64,000 nucleotides of DNA. It comes from Fimbriimonadia bacterium (lineage in GTDB: Bacteria; Armatimonadota; Fimbriimonadia; Fimbriimonadales; JABRVX01). Both the position numbers and the translations under genes were made by a program. Below are positions 17,898 to 27,587 of this stretch, piece after piece; the stretch's first letter is position 1, and every line of letters starts with the position of its first letter. The notes below the pieces were generated by a model. It was not told the DNA's origin and made no database searches. It saw only the letters and a list, made by a program, of their open reading frames with translations. The stretch covers positions 172,590-236,589 of the forward strand of contig JBGPGO010000004.1 of assembly GCA_041483895.1 (NCBI GenBank), written 5' to 3'.

Positions 17898-18188
17898 ATG
17901 AAATCCCAGCCGAAGCCTGAGCACATCCACATCCGCGCCTCGAAGCATCAAAAGGCATTGTTGGCGGGCGCAGCCCGAAAGAGAGATTTGTCGTTGAGTC
18001 AGTTCGTTCTCCAAGCGGTTTTGCCGGTGGCGAACGACGTCCTTCAACAAAATGCCCAAGATATTCCGCTTCACGTTGAGCTAGACGACGAAGCATGGGC
18101 AGAATTCAATCGCCTCCTAGACGCTCCAGTTCGGGATCTGGCGGAATTGAGAAAGTTGTTGCTTAGCAAACCCGTTTGGGAAGAGTAG
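17898..18188 (+). CDS. DUF1778 (RHH) antitoxin
   Basis: IHIRAS..KALLAGAA..LSLSQFVL..LDDEAWAEFNRLLDAP. Confidence 0.9.
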   Translation: MKSQPKPEHIHIRASKHQKALLAGAARKRDLSLSQFVLQAVLPVANDVLQQNAQDIPLHVELDDEAWAEFNRLLDAPVRDLAELRKLLLSKPVWEE

Positions 18189-18190
18189 GC

Positions 18191-18691
18191 GTGGTATCAA
18201 AACCCGTTCTCTTGAACGCGACGCACGACATTACAAGTTTTGATTGCGGCAAGGAACCGGTCACCGAATTCTTGAAAAGGTATGCGCTGATGAATCAAGC
18301 GGGCGGAGCCACTCGGACATATGTTGCTCTGAGTGGCAACAACGTCGTTGGATATTATAGTTTAGCGCCGTATTCGGTCTCCCACAAAGAAGCGCCAGAT
18401 CGAGTTACTAAAGGACAGTCCAAACATCGAATACCGTGCATCTTGCTCGCCCGACTGGCAGTTGACAAGAGCCAGCAGGGCAAGGGATTGGGAGGCTCGC
18501 TATTCCGGGACGCTCTCCTCCGGGCCGATTCCGCTCACTCGGCCGTCGGCGGCAGAGCTTTTCTTGTTCATGCTGTAGACGAAGAAGCGCTAGGGTTTTA
18601 TGCAAAGTACGAGATGCTACCTTCGCCCACCAATCCGTTTCATCTCTTCCTACTGTTCAAAGACGTCCGTGCAATTCTCGCCGCCGATTGA
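18191..18691 (+). CDS. GNAT acetyltransferase toxin (TacT/AtaT-like)
   Basis: HDITSFDCG..FLKRYAL..VGYYSL..LLARLAVD..QGKGLG..VHA..FY. Confidence 0.9.
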   Translation: MVSKPVLLNATHDITSFDCGKEPVTEFLKRYALMNQAGGATRTYVALSGNNVVGYYSLAPYSVSHKEAPDRVTKGQSKHRIPCILLARLAVDKSQQGKGLGGSLFRDALLRADSAHSAVGGRAFLVHAVDEEALGFYAKYEMLPSPTNPFHLFLLFKDVRAILAAD

Positions 18692-18826
18692 TTAGTCCAC
18701 AATCACCCTGATCACAACCCGCTTCTTCCGATGACCGTCGAATTCCGCGTAGAACACCCTCTCCTACGGGCCGAGGTCCAGGCGGCCGTTGGTGATCGGG
18801 AGCATCACTTGGTGTCAGAGGAGTAG
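18692..18826 (-). pseudogene. 3' remnant of a YjbQ (UPF0047) gene with two in-frame stops
   Basis: Manual translation [42 protein letters not shown] matches the YjbQ C-terminus (G.L.LGxWx.xxxxEFDG.R). Confidence 0.75.
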
Positions 18827-18831
18827 GCGGT

Positions 18832-19650
18832 TCAAGTGCGCAACTCGCTGTTGTCTATGAGTCTTGTATTGCCGATCCATGCGGCGATACAGAGTCGAGA
18901 CTCTGCGTCGAGCGATTCGATGCGTTGCAGGGTGATGGAATCGACGACGTGAATGTAGTCGATGCGGACCGCGTCAATGACTTCGGTAGCCAGGCCCTCG
19001 ATGGCTGCGGTGGAGCGTTCTCCGGACTGGACCGCTTGCTGCGCGGCCTGCAACGCTTGATAGATGGTGAGGGCGCGGCGGCGATCGTCGGGTGAGAGGT
19101 AGGCGTTGCGGGAGCTCATCGCCAATCCGTCCGGCTCGCGCACAGTGGAGCAGCGGACAATCTGCGTCGGGATTTCGAGGTCCGACACCATCTGCTCAAT
19201 GATGCGAAGCTGTTGGAAATCCTTCTCGCCAAAGTAGGCGCGGTCTGGCTGGACGATGTTGAACAGCTTGCACACCACCGTCGCCACACCCGCAAAGTGC
19301 CCCGGACGGAAGGGACCGCACAGCCCTTCCGCCAGCGCGCCGGGCCGCACTGTCGTCTGCCAACCCTCCATGTATATCTCCTCTGGCGCCGGCGCGAAGA
19401 CTGCCTCCGCCCGCGCCTCCATTGCCAATTCGTAGTCCCGGTCAAACGGCTTTGGGTAGCGAGAGAAGTCCTCGTTTGGCCCAAATTGGGTCGGGTTTAC
19501 GAAGATGGAGACGACGGTCGGACCGTCTCTTGCGGAGCGGCGGATGAGGGATAGGTGGCCTTCGTGCAAGGCACCCATGGTGGGCACGAGGCACACGTTG
19601 GTCGCATTAGAGCGCCACTCCCGAACTTCTCCAATCGTGCGAAGAATCAT
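18832..19650 (-). CDS. panC: Pantoate-beta-alanine ligase
   Basis: VPTMGALHEGH, SIFVNPTQF, FGEKDFQQ, GLAMSSRN, RLIDN. Confidence 0.98.
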   Translation of the reverse strand: MILRTIGEVREWRSNATNVCLVPTMGALHEGHLSLIRRSARDGPTVVSIFVNPTQFGPNEDFSRYPKPFDRDYELAMEARAEAVFAPAPEEIYMEGWQTTVRPGALAEGLCGPFRPGHFAGVATVVCKLFNIVQPDRAYFGEKDFQQLRIIEQMVSDLEIPTQIVRCSTVREPDGLAMSSRNAYLSPDDRRRALTIYQALQAAQQAVQSGERSTAAIEGLATEVIDAVRIDYIHVVDSITLQRIESLDAESRLCIAAWIGNTRLIDNSELRT

Positions 19651-19663
19651 GCGTGCGGAAAAA

Positions 19664-19710
19664 CCCCCACCCTAACCCTCCCCCTTACTCGTTCCTCGCA
19701 AGGGGGAGGG
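19664..19710. repeat. CCCCACCCTAACCCTCCCC...GGGGGAGGG palindromic element
   Basis: Perfect 11-bp stem CCCTCCCCCTT / AAGGGGGAGGG between the translin-like gene and panC. Confidence 0.6.
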
Positions 19711-19716
19711 AATTTA

Positions 19717-20355
19717 TCATTTGTCCAGTTTCGACGATACATCTTCGAGCGCCGTCAGCAACTGTCTTTGCGTGGACGTGACTGCAAGGTCTGAGCGCGT
19801 CCGCTCCAGCACTCCCCGCAAGGAATCGCACGTCCGGCGCAATCCGCCTGTCAGCACGTCCGGAAAATCGAACGTGATCAACTCCGCGTAGATTTCATCC
19901 ATCACTTCCAGCAACTTTTCGGCGTCATCCATCTTCCCATGACGCATGAGATCGAGCACGTAGCGCCGGCATTCGGAAGACGCCTCGGCCATGCCGTTGA
20001 GATAGGCCGACACCATAACACCGAGAGATTCGAAAGACGGCAGAGGCATCCATTGCACCATCGCAAACACCGCGTTGGCCTCGACGAACTCCTTCTCCGC
20101 GTCGCTTCGATAGCCGGAAAATGCAAGTTCCGGAAACGGCGCGAGCGCGGCCTGCATATCGCGCACCATTGTCTTCGTTTCAGCGAGCAGCGCCTGCGCG
20201 TCGTCAAACTGGTGGCGATGGATATTGCGTATGGACTTGCTGCTGTTTTGGATCACCTTGCGGCAGAGCGACAGCGCATCCTCCCTTCCCTGGTGTTGCT
20301 CTGTCAGCCGTTCGCGCAGGGACTGCATGACGTCCAACCATCCGCTCTCTTTCAT
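19717..20355 (-). CDS. Translin/Trax family protein
   Basis: REDAL..CRKVIQNSSKSIRNIH, KEFVEA, YLNGMAEASSECRR, LRRTCD. Confidence 0.8.
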   Translation of the reverse strand: MKESGWLDVMQSLRERLTEQHQGREDALSLCRKVIQNSSKSIRNIHRHQFDDAQALLAETKTMVRDMQAALAPFPELAFSGYRSDAEKEFVEANAVFAMVQWMPLPSFESLGVMVSAYLNGMAEASSECRRYVLDLMRHGKMDDAEKLLEVMDEIYAELITFDFPDVLTGGLRRTCDSLRGVLERTRSDLAVTSTQRQLLTALEDVSSKLDK

Positions 20356-21002
20356 AGATAGCCTCTTTCTTGCAAACTGACGTGTCGGTCCTCCCCAAGG
20401 ATCACATGGTCGAGCAATTCGATTCCTAGAATCCGTCCTGCATCGGCCAATCGTCGGGTTACGTTGATGTCCTCATGGCTTGGTTCCGGATCGCCGCTCG
20501 GGTGATTATGCGCCACGATGATGCTGGCAGCGCCTTCTTTGATCGCGTCCCGAAAAACCTCTCTAGGATGAACGACCGCCGCGTCGAGGGCTCCAATAGA
20601 AATCGTCTTGCGCCGTAGAATATTGGATTTTGAGTCCAAGAAGATCGCGCAAAAATGCTCCTTTTTTTCATCGCGCAGGTGTCGGAACTCCGCAGCCACA
20701 TCCGCGGGATCGCCAATAGTCGTACGTTCCCCCAAACCCGATTGCATCACCCGGCGGCCCAGCTCGATCGCGGCGAGGACCCGGGCCATCGCTTCTTCTT
20801 CGATTTCTTGCTCCAAAAGATCCTCGCGGCAAAGATCGACCAGCTTTCGTATGCCGCCGACCGACTCGACCAATTTCCTGGCCCGATTGAGATCGTCGCC
20901 TTGGCCCCCCATCAAAACGGCAAGCAGCTCCATCGGCGCCAGCGAACCGACGCCAAGACGATGGAGACGCAGGGTGAGATCATCGGGCTCAGACACCCCC
21001 AT
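20352..21002 (-). CDS. radC: RadC (JAB domain) protein
   Basis: ELLAVL, AAIELGRR, VHPREVF, AHNHPSGDPEPS..D, LLDH. Confidence 0.96.
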   Translation of the reverse strand: MGVSEPDDLTLRLHRLGVGSLAPMELLAVLMGGQGDDLNRARKLVESVGGIRKLVDLCREDLLEQEIEEEAMARVLAAIELGRRVMQSGLGERTTIGDPADVAAEFRHLRDEKKEHFCAIFLDSKSNILRRKTISIGALDAAVVHPREVFRDAIKEGAASIIVAHNHPSGDPEPSHEDINVTRRLADAGRILGIELLDHVILGEDRHVSLQERGYL

Positions 21003-21009
21003 AGGGTAC

Positions 21010-21864
21010 CTAGTTTAGGTCGCGTCGGGAAAATACTATGTTCGCGAGGAGCAAGAATCCGATGATGTAGGCGAAGATGTAGAACTGATCAAACGAGGTA
21101 TAGGTGAGATGCTCGCCCGCGCGCCGCCCCATCTCGCGGCGCATCGCTGGGACCATTCCCTGCTCCAAACTTCCGAACCAAGTGGCAAGGCGGCCGTGCG
21201 GAATTAACCAGTCGCTAAGGACTTCCAGCTTGCGCAGGCTTTCGTTTTGCGTTATCTCGGCGATGATGTGGATGATGGTGTCGCCGATAAACGTGAACGA
21301 GTAGAGGGTGGCAGTGAGCATCAATGACATAACCATGCTGCCAAACGAAGAAAAGGCAATCGTCAGCGTACCATATAGCACAGGGTATAGCAGCATCACG
21401 CCCAGCATCGGCCAATTGATGGCGTAGCCGGCCAAATGTCCATATATGGCGGAGCAGAGCGCCCAGTTGACGCCGATGCAAAGCAGAATAATCACGTCCG
21501 CAAACAAAACCACGCCGAGCCATTTACCCATCACGACCTGGAAACGAAAGATCGGCTTTGTGACAACCGAAGAAAGAACTCCCTTATCGATCTCCGCGCT
21601 GATTTGGCCCGCGGCGAGTACGATGGCAATGATGCAGGTGAAGAACAGAATGATGCGTGCCCCGACAAACTGGGCGGTGAAAATTCCCTGCCGAAGTCGT
21701 TCCTCTTGCGGCATCATTTGCAATCGATCGGCCTGGCTGAAAGCTCTCGGCACAATGGAATCGATGACGATAAGGCCGGCGAGAATTACGAACGCCCACA
21801 ACCAAACCTTCTTGCGCAGCGCCTCCCTCAATGTGATCGATGTGATGAGCAGCAGTTGTCGCAT
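21010..21864 (-). CDS. ABC-2 type transporter permease
   Basis: Multiple TMs; ISAEIDKG..TKPI.R..GKWLG; ends FSRRDL. Confidence 0.88.
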   Translation of the reverse strand: MRQLLLITSITLREALRKKVWLWAFVILAGLIVIDSIVPRAFSQADRLQMMPQEERLRQGIFTAQFVGARIILFFTCIIAIVLAAGQISAEIDKGVLSSVVTKPIFRFQVVMGKWLGVVLFADVIILLCIGVNWALCSAIYGHLAGYAINWPMLGVMLLYPVLYGTLTIAFSSFGSMVMSLMLTATLYSFTFIGDTIIHIIAEITQNESLRKLEVLSDWLIPHGRLATWFGSLEQGMVPAMRREMGRRAGEHLTYTSFDQFYIFAYIIGFLLLANIVFSRRDLN

Positions 21865-22802
21865 CAGTTGCTCGGGCTGACGCCCGACTCCTCGATGGTT
21901 CGGATAAAGAAATCCTCCAACGATTCGCGCTGGTAGCTCATGTGCATCAGTTTGGCATTGGTGTTCACGATGGCCTCCGCGATGGCCGGTATGTCCTCAT
22001 CGCGCTCAACGCCGACCGTCAAATGAGCGCCGTTGCTCTGGATGATCGAGCCGATGGTTGCGATCTGTCGGAGCGTCTCCTCGCCGATGTCGTTCGCCTC
22101 CACCTCAACAACAGAGCGGGTGGTCAGCAATTGATCCAAGGTGCCCTGGCGGATCACTTTCCCCTTGTTGATGATGGCGAGGCTGTCGCAGGAAAGCTCG
22201 ACTTCCGATAACAGGTGGGAGTTGAGCATCACACTCGTTCCTCGCGACTTTAGTTCGCCGATGATGTCTCGGACCTGCCGCCTTCCGATCGGATCGAGCG
22301 CGGAGGTCGGCTCGTCCAAAATAACCAGGTCCGGATTGTGGATAATCGCCTGCGCAAGGCCAATGCGCTGCTGCATGCCTTTTGAGAACTCTCGAATCCG
22401 ACTCTTGCGCCGGTCCGTTAGGCCCACGATGGAAAGAGTCTCATCCGTGCGGCGGCGCAGGTCCGGCCAGTCCATACCGGACAGCCGGCCGTGAAAATGG
22501 AGAAACTCTTCGGCTGTGAGAAAGTCATGAAATTGAAATTTCTCCGGCAGGAAGCCGATCCGACGCTTCACGGCGAGCGATCCGATCGCCATGCCGAAGA
22601 TCTGCGCGGAGCCGGCGGTTGGAAAGACGTTGCCGAGCAGCATTTGGATCATCGTGGTCTTCCCCGCGCCGTTAGGACCCAACAGGCCAAATACAGCGCC
22701 GGTGGCAACAGTCAGGTCCACGCCATCGACGGCGGCGACCCCCGCGCCAATCATGCCCTTATAGACCTTGCGCAACCCTCGCGTTTCGATTACAGCGTCC
22801 AA
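21864..22802 (-). CDS. ABC transporter ATP-binding protein
   Basis: GPNGAGKTT, FSKGMQQR, ILDEPT, SHLL. Confidence 0.96.
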   Translation of the reverse strand: MDAVIETRGLRKVYKGMIGAGVAAVDGVDLTVATGAVFGLLGPNGAGKTTMIQMLLGNVFPTAGSAQIFGMAIGSLAVKRRIGFLPEKFQFHDFLTAEEFLHFHGRLSGMDWPDLRRRTDETLSIVGLTDRRKSRIREFSKGMQQRIGLAQAIIHNPDLVILDEPTSALDPIGRRQVRDIIGELKSRGTSVMLNSHLLSEVELSCDSLAIINKGKVIRQGTLDQLLTTRSVVEVEANDIGEETLRQIATIGSIIQSNGAHLTVGVERDEDIPAIAEAIVNTNAKLMHMSYQRESLEDFFIRTIEESGVSPSN

Positions 22803-22823
22803 CTTGGCCTTTCTACCCCACCT

Positions 22824-23897
22824 TTAAGCCTCATTGGGCTGTTCCTGGGTATTTTGCGTTGATTCATCATCACTTTGCACGGGGCGAAGAAGCAAGCGCT
22901 CCTCCACTTCCCCCTGCCCCGCCGGACGGAGCAGCGTCTGCGCCTCCTCATCGATGGCGGTGGCGGCCCGAAGCAGCGTTGGCATTTCCTTTCGCATTTG
23001 CAGCGTTCGTTCGAGGATCGGGATGGTTTCCTTGATGGAGTCATGAACCTCCGCCCTCGTTGGCCCCTCCTTAACCAGCAGCCGGAATAAATGCAGGGTC
23101 GAATCGTTGCCGATGAACCCGTGCGCGCGAATAGCCCGCACGGCAAGCTCTGCGTCGTTGGATTGGATTAGATTGAGGAGCGCCCTTCTTTCGCGGCTAT
23201 GGAAGATGCCGGCATGCTCCATTCGCAGCTTGGGCAAGAGGCTGAGCAGCGCGGGTGTGGTGGACTTTCGCAGTTCGCGTTGGCGGTGCGCAACGGCCAG
23301 GACGCCGCAGGACGCCGGGTCGCCGATCTCGCGCAGCGCGTTCGCCACCGTCCGTCGCACCGGGAAGGCGAGGTCAACGGAGAGCCATCCTCCGACAAAG
23401 AACATGACACAGAAGCCGGCCCATTTGAACATCCAAAATGCGGCGATGACGATTGCCAAACCCACCCACCGCCACACCCACCTCTGCCAGCCGATCCGCT
23501 TATGCTCCTTCCGCAGGTGGTCAATGAGCGCGTCCACCGACGATTCTCCACCGATGCGCCCCAGGACCGGCGCGATGCGGCGAATCTCCCCCGGCTCCTC
23601 TTCCAACAGCTCCAACAGCCGCGTCTCACCCGTTTTGCCCCACTGAACAAACGCCGCCTGGGACATTCCGACCACCTTTGGGTTGGTTGAGCGCAGGCAG
23701 TTGGAAAGATATCGGAAACGCTTGTCCCCCCGGTCCGGCGTGAGCTGGCGGCCCTTCTTGCATACCGGGCATTCCCACTGCTTTCCGGGCTTTGGCAATT
23801 CGTCGGGGCACGGTTCGCCGCATTTGGAACAGAATGCGACCGCCGCGTCCGGAATGCCGCTGGGTTCTTGGTAGCTAGCCATCGTTACCAGAATCAT
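22824..23897 (-). CDS. Zn-ribbon/HEAT/TM protein with a triple C-terminal LLR motif
   Basis: CSKC..CPVC, HEAT-like LGRIGG and ALREIGDP, two TMs, tail TLLRAA..TLLRPA..LLLRP. Confidence 0.75.
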   Translation of the reverse strand: MILVTMASYQEPSGIPDAAVAFCSKCGEPCPDELPKPGKQWECPVCKKGRQLTPDRGDKRFRYLSNCLRSTNPKVVGMSQAAFVQWGKTGETRLLELLEEEPGEIRRIAPVLGRIGGESSVDALIDHLRKEHKRIGWQRWVWRWVGLAIVIAAFWMFKWAGFCVMFFVGGWLSVDLAFPVRRTVANALREIGDPASCGVLAVAHRQRELRKSTTPALLSLLPKLRMEHAGIFHSRERRALLNLIQSNDAELAVRAIRAHGFIGNDSTLHLFRLLVKEGPTRAEVHDSIKETIPILERTLQMRKEMPTLLRAATAIDEEAQTLLRPAGQGEVEERLLLRPVQSDDESTQNTQEQPNEA

Positions 23898-23910
23898 ACT
23901 CGCACCGGGA

Positions 23911-23939
23911 TTGACTTCGTCCCGGCAATCGGGTACATT
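23911..23939 (+). promoter_or_regulatory. rplJ promoter
   Basis: TTGACT-17 nt-TACATT. Confidence 0.65.
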
Positions 23940-23946
23940 GGCGCGG

Positions 23947-24058
23947 TCTCAAAGACAGCAGGAGCTTCGGCTTAATCATTCCTGCCGAGGGGCGAAGGGC
24001 AATCACATACGATTTTCAGCCCGGGAGTCTCGTGTCCGCGAGGCTCCCGGCGCTTTAT
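23947..24058 (+). ncRNA. Ribosomal protein L10 leader
   Basis: AAGACAGCAGG..CTTAAT..CCTGCCGAGG core followed by a second hairpin, upstream of rplJ. Confidence 0.85.
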
Positions 24059-24083
24059 TTGCGGCGGGGATTGGAGGAAAGAA

Positions 24084-24608
24084 ATGCCTACGGCAGCCAA
24101 GGCAAAGATTATTGACGAAACGAAGGCGCTGTGCGAGCGGTCGTCCGGCCTCATCTTTACGGAGTACAGGGGCCTGACGGTCAGGTCGCTGCAACTGCTT
24201 CGCAAGCAGCTCAAAGAGTCCGGGACGGAATATCATGTGGTGAAGAACACATTGTTCCGCCGGGCCTACTCGGAGCAGGTGGACAACATCCCGATCGAAA
24301 TGACGTCCGGCCCCACGGCCATCGCCTTTTTCGAAGGGGACGAGTCGGCGGTGGCCAAGTCGCTCGCGGATTTCCAGAAGCAGCATCCGGAGCTTGTGTT
24401 CAAGGGAGGCTACATAGCCGGTCAAGTGCTGGACGAGAATCAGATCAAGGTGCTTTCGAAGCTCCCAACGAAGCCGGAGCTGATCTCTCAACTGCTCAGC
24501 ATCGTGGAAGCGCCCGTCCGCAACATCGCAGGCATCCTGAACGAGTCGCTCGCCCAGGTGGTTCGCGTAATCGGCGCAATCGAAGAACAAAAGGCCGGCG
24601 CGGCCTAG
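24084..24608 (+). CDS. rplJ: 50S ribosomal protein L10
   Basis: EYRGLTV..LRKQL..VVKNTL..GPTAIAF..LSKLPTK. Confidence 0.97.
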   Translation: MPTAAKAKIIDETKALCERSSGLIFTEYRGLTVRSLQLLRKQLKESGTEYHVVKNTLFRRAYSEQVDNIPIEMTSGPTAIAFFEGDESAVAKSLADFQKQHPELVFKGGYIAGQVLDENQIKVLSKLPTKPELISQLLSIVEAPVRNIAGILNESLAQVVRVIGAIEEQKAGAA

Positions 24609-24625
24609 AATTTTAGGAGAAAGAA

Positions 24626-25006
24626 ATGGCAAATGCTACTGTGGATAAGGCCGTTGAGCTGATCAGCGGCATGACGGCGATGGACCTTTCGGAGCTGAAG
24701 ACCGCTCTTGAGGAAAAGTTCGGCGTGACCGCGGCTGCTCCGATGATGGGGATGCCGATGATGGCCGGCGCTCCCGCCGAGGCGGTGGAAGAGAAGAGCA
24801 CGTTCGACGTGATTCTGGCGGCGACCGGCGATCAGAAGCTTCAGGTCATCAAGGCCGTTCGCGAATTGACGTCGCTCGGCCTGAAAGAGGCAAAGGACCT
24901 AGTAGACAGCGCTCCGGCCCCGGTCAAGGAAGGCGCTTCCAAGGAAGATGCCGACAAGATGAAGGCGGCGTTGGAAGCGGTCGGCGCGAAAGTCGAAATC
25001 AAGTAG
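24626..25006 (+). CDS. rplL: 50S ribosomal protein L7/L12
   Basis: [32 protein letters not shown]. Confidence 0.99.
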   Translation: MANATVDKAVELISGMTAMDLSELKTALEEKFGVTAAAPMMGMPMMAGAPAEAVEEKSTFDVILAATGDQKLQVIKAVRELTSLGLKEAKDLVDSAPAPVKEGASKEDADKMKAALEAVGAKVEIK

Positions 25007-25018
25007 GTTCGGTTCACT

Positions 25019-25057
25019 GCCGGGGTCTTGGCCAATGGTTCGGGACCCCGGCTTTTT
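25019..25057 (+). terminator. Intrinsic terminator after rplL
   Basis: GCCGGGGTC...GACCCCGGC followed by TTTTT. Confidence 0.8.
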
Positions 25058-25066
25058 GGGTGTGAC

Positions 25067-25363
25067 TTAGTTAATCGGGGAAGTCCGGTTGCTCTTCCAG
25101 TTCCCGCTGCCCTCGGTGTCTCGATCCGGAATTTCCATCTTGGACGGGCCGTTCGGCCGCGGGGGCGCTGCGTGGCTGCTCTGCTCAATCTGCTGCATGA
25201 TCTGGTCCGGCGTCTGACCGGGCGCCGCCTCCGGCTGTTGCTTCTGAGGTGCGTCCTCATCATCGCCAGAGACGACCGGGGAGCCGCCTCCCATCAAGAA
25301 CATGGCGAGGAACAGCATGATGACGATTGTAACCAGCAAAATTGGCGATCCGCGCTTCCGCAT
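25067..25363 (-). CDS. Small membrane-anchored hypothetical protein
   Basis: GGAGG SD; MRKRGSPILLVTIVIMLFLAMFL TM followed by a P/Q-rich tail. Confidence 0.6.
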   Translation of the reverse strand: MRKRGSPILLVTIVIMLFLAMFLMGGGSPVVSGDDEDAPQKQQPEAAPGQTPDQIMQQIEQSSHAAPPRPNGPSKMEIPDRDTEGSGNWKSNRTSPIN

Positions 25364-25435
25364 AGTCGTGCCTCCCGATCTTCTGATTGTACATACGTTT
25401 CCTGGGTGCAGGTCAATTCCCGGGCGCGTTATCCT

Positions 25436-25522
25436 GCGCAAGCTAGAGCTTGCGGCTACCCGAGACTCCTTTTCTTTGACGATCGCATCGTCAACGGCGC
25501 GCAAGCTAAAGCTTGCGGCTAC
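25436..25522 (-). repeat. Two tandem GTAG-type REP units
   Basis: Minus strand GTAG-CC-GCAAGC-T(C/T)TA-GCTTGC-GC at 25436-25459 and 25499-25522. Confidence 0.8.
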
Positions 25523-25553
25523 CGGTGGGGATCGGATAAAATCTGCTCCCCTA

Positions 25554-25638
25554 GCGCGGGTGGCGGAATTGGCAGACGCGCATGCTTGAGGTGCATGTGA
25601 GGCAACTCGTGGGGGTTCGAGTCCCCCCCTGCGCACCA
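25554..25638 (+). tRNA. tRNA-Leu(GAG)
   Basis: Cloverleaf with anticodon loop TT-GAG-GT, long variable arm, GTTCGAGTC, encoded CCA. Confidence 0.97.
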
Positions 25639-25644
25639 GATTCC

Positions 25645-26289
25645 CTAGCCGCCCTTCCGCCGGTGGCAGGCCGCAATCCCACCTTTTTCAACATATTGCT
25701 GATGGTATCCCTCGGCCTTGTAGAACGGCGCAGCCGGCGCAATTTGGGTGACAATCTTGTCCTTGAACTCGCCGGATGCCTGGAGCTTGTCTCGTGAGGC
25801 GATGGCTGCTTGGCGTTGGGACTCGCTGTGATAGAAGATGGCTGACCGGTAACTGTCGCCGAGGTCCACGCCCTGACCATCCGTCTGGGTGGGATCATGC
25901 AGGTCCCAAAACAGAGCAAGCATCTTCTCGTACGACGTCTTTGTAGGGTCAAATTCTACCTGGACGGCTTCCGCGTGGCCGGTGGTGTGGGAACAGACCT
26001 GCTCGTAGCTGGGGTTCTTCATCCTGCCTCCGGTATAGCCGACAGCCGTGGCGATGACACCGGGCTCCTTCCGGAACTCGGCCTCCACGCCCCAGAAGCA
26101 GCCGGCGGCAAAGGACGCCACCTCGGTCTTTCCGACCTCCTTGGGCGCGTTTTTGACTTTGTACAGACCGTTTTTGGTAAGGTTGCTACCGTCGGGTCCG
26201 CTCGCGGCGGCCTCGACCGAAGTCCCGCAGCCTGCCAACCCTAGGCTCGCCGCCGCTATGATCCCGAGAGCCAACTGTATCAGCTTCAT
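25645..26289 (-). CDS. msrA: Peptide methionine sulfoxide reductase A, lipoprotein
   Basis: Lipobox [28 protein letters not shown]. Confidence 0.95.
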   Translation of the reverse strand: MKLIQLALGIIAAASLGLAGCGTSVEAAASGPDGSNLTKNGLYKVKNAPKEVGKTEVASFAAGCFWGVEAEFRKEPGVIATAVGYTGGRMKNPSYEQVCSHTTGHAEAVQVEFDPTKTSYEKMLALFWDLHDPTQTDGQGVDLGDSYRSAIFYHSESQRQAAIASRDKLQASGEFKDKIVTQIAPAAPFYKAEGYHQQYVEKGGIAACHRRKGG

Positions 26290-26362
26290 CCGTTTCTCCG
26301 CTCTGTTCGTGCTAACCCGTATTATGGTGAAAGCGCCGGAAAAGGTTCCCAATGCAGTTTGA

Positions 26363-27427
26363 TTAGGTGTCGCCTGACATGCCAAAGTTGACAAGCGTGG
26401 TGTTGAAGTCCTTGATGTCCACCATGCCACTGCCATCCAAATCGGTGGGATCCATGCCCGGGCTGGTATCGAAAGCGATCAGCTCGGCATTTAAGTCGCG
26501 AAGATCCACGACGTTGTCGCCTGTCGAGTCTCCAAGCACATCTTGCGCCCAGTTGATCGTTGTTCGGTCCGCACTGACGAGCAGCGCCGTTTTGCGAAGA
26601 GCCAGCCACCGATCCCCTTTGCCGACAAAATCTCTGGTACCCGTAGTCATAAGGTTCGCGCAGTAATAGCCTGATTCATCGAGAGTCAGATTCAGCGTTT
26701 CGAGTATCGTGGTCATGTCCATCACTTTGACTGTAAAGGGGATGCCCCTTGGGACTCCGACAAAATCGGCGAGATTGACGATTCCTTCAACGGCATGGTC
26801 TTCGGTGATATGGATGTTGTCGATCATGATCATCACGGGTTTTCCCGCCGCAATGCGAGACAATGTGATCGTCATGGTCCACAAGTTTCCTGTTTCTGGA
26901 GTATCGGACCAGCTATGGATGTAGGTTCTGTCAAGAATTTGGCTCGTCGCGCCGGACCCTGTAAGCTGCAGGGTAAGTTGCGTCGCGTTGTTGTATTTGA
27001 ATTCGATTTTTGCACGGAGCGATGCCATGTCCGCCATGTCTTCAGCAATGAATCGAGCGTTGAAGGTGACCTTCCATTGGCGGGCCGAATTAACTGTGTC
27101 ACTCCAATTCGTATCCTTGAAAATCGCGTTCTGATTGGCTGCCGCGCCGTCCAGCATTGCGGCCAGAACATGGTTTTTGCGCTGTATGGTCGTCGTGTTT
27201 AGAGTGTCCCATTTTGCCCGAACGCCATCGGAAATCCACGGCTCTGTATTCGTCAGCTCATCCTCTGTCTTGGCGATCACCGGCGTGGCGCCACTGGTGT
27301 TGCTGACGACAGACCAGCTGCCGACCGAGGAAAAATCCACATTCCGCCAGACGTAGGCGCCCACTTGCGAGGACGCCGCCAATGCAAAGCAAACGGCCAC
27401 TCCAGCCTTTCCAAAACTCGTCATCAA
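26363..27427 (-). CDS. Secreted protein with a C-terminal dockerin-like module
   Basis: Signal peptide; [14 protein letters not shown]...[20 protein letters not shown]. Confidence 0.8.
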   Translation of the reverse strand: MMTSFGKAGVAVCFALAASSQVGAYVWRNVDFSSVGSWSVVSNTSGATPVIAKTEDELTNTEPWISDGVRAKWDTLNTTTIQRKNHVLAAMLDGAAANQNAIFKDTNWSDTVNSARQWKVTFNARFIAEDMADMASLRAKIEFKYNNATQLTLQLTGSGATSQILDRTYIHSWSDTPETGNLWTMTITLSRIAAGKPVMIMIDNIHITEDHAVEGIVNLADFVGVPRGIPFTVKVMDMTTILETLNLTLDESGYYCANLMTTGTRDFVGKGDRWLALRKTALLVSADRTTINWAQDVLGDSTGDNVVDLRDLNAELIAFDTSPGMDPTDLDGSGMVDIKDFNTTLVNFGMSGDT

Positions 27428-27587
27428 TCGATCCTCCCGTGCAATGAAATTCCCCGCCGTAGTTCAAGAGAGATGCGGGTCTCGATTAAATACTTTTACA
27501 CAGGGGACATTATACGGCAGTTCTTGAAAGCCCGCAGGCCGATAATCCTCATGCGGCCCAAGGTAAAATTGCGGCAAGCATGGAAAG

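Noticed and set aside
25554..25638. tRNA-Leu or tRNA-Ser as island attachment sites
   Set aside because: No integrase gene and no duplicated tRNA 3' end were seen in the window.
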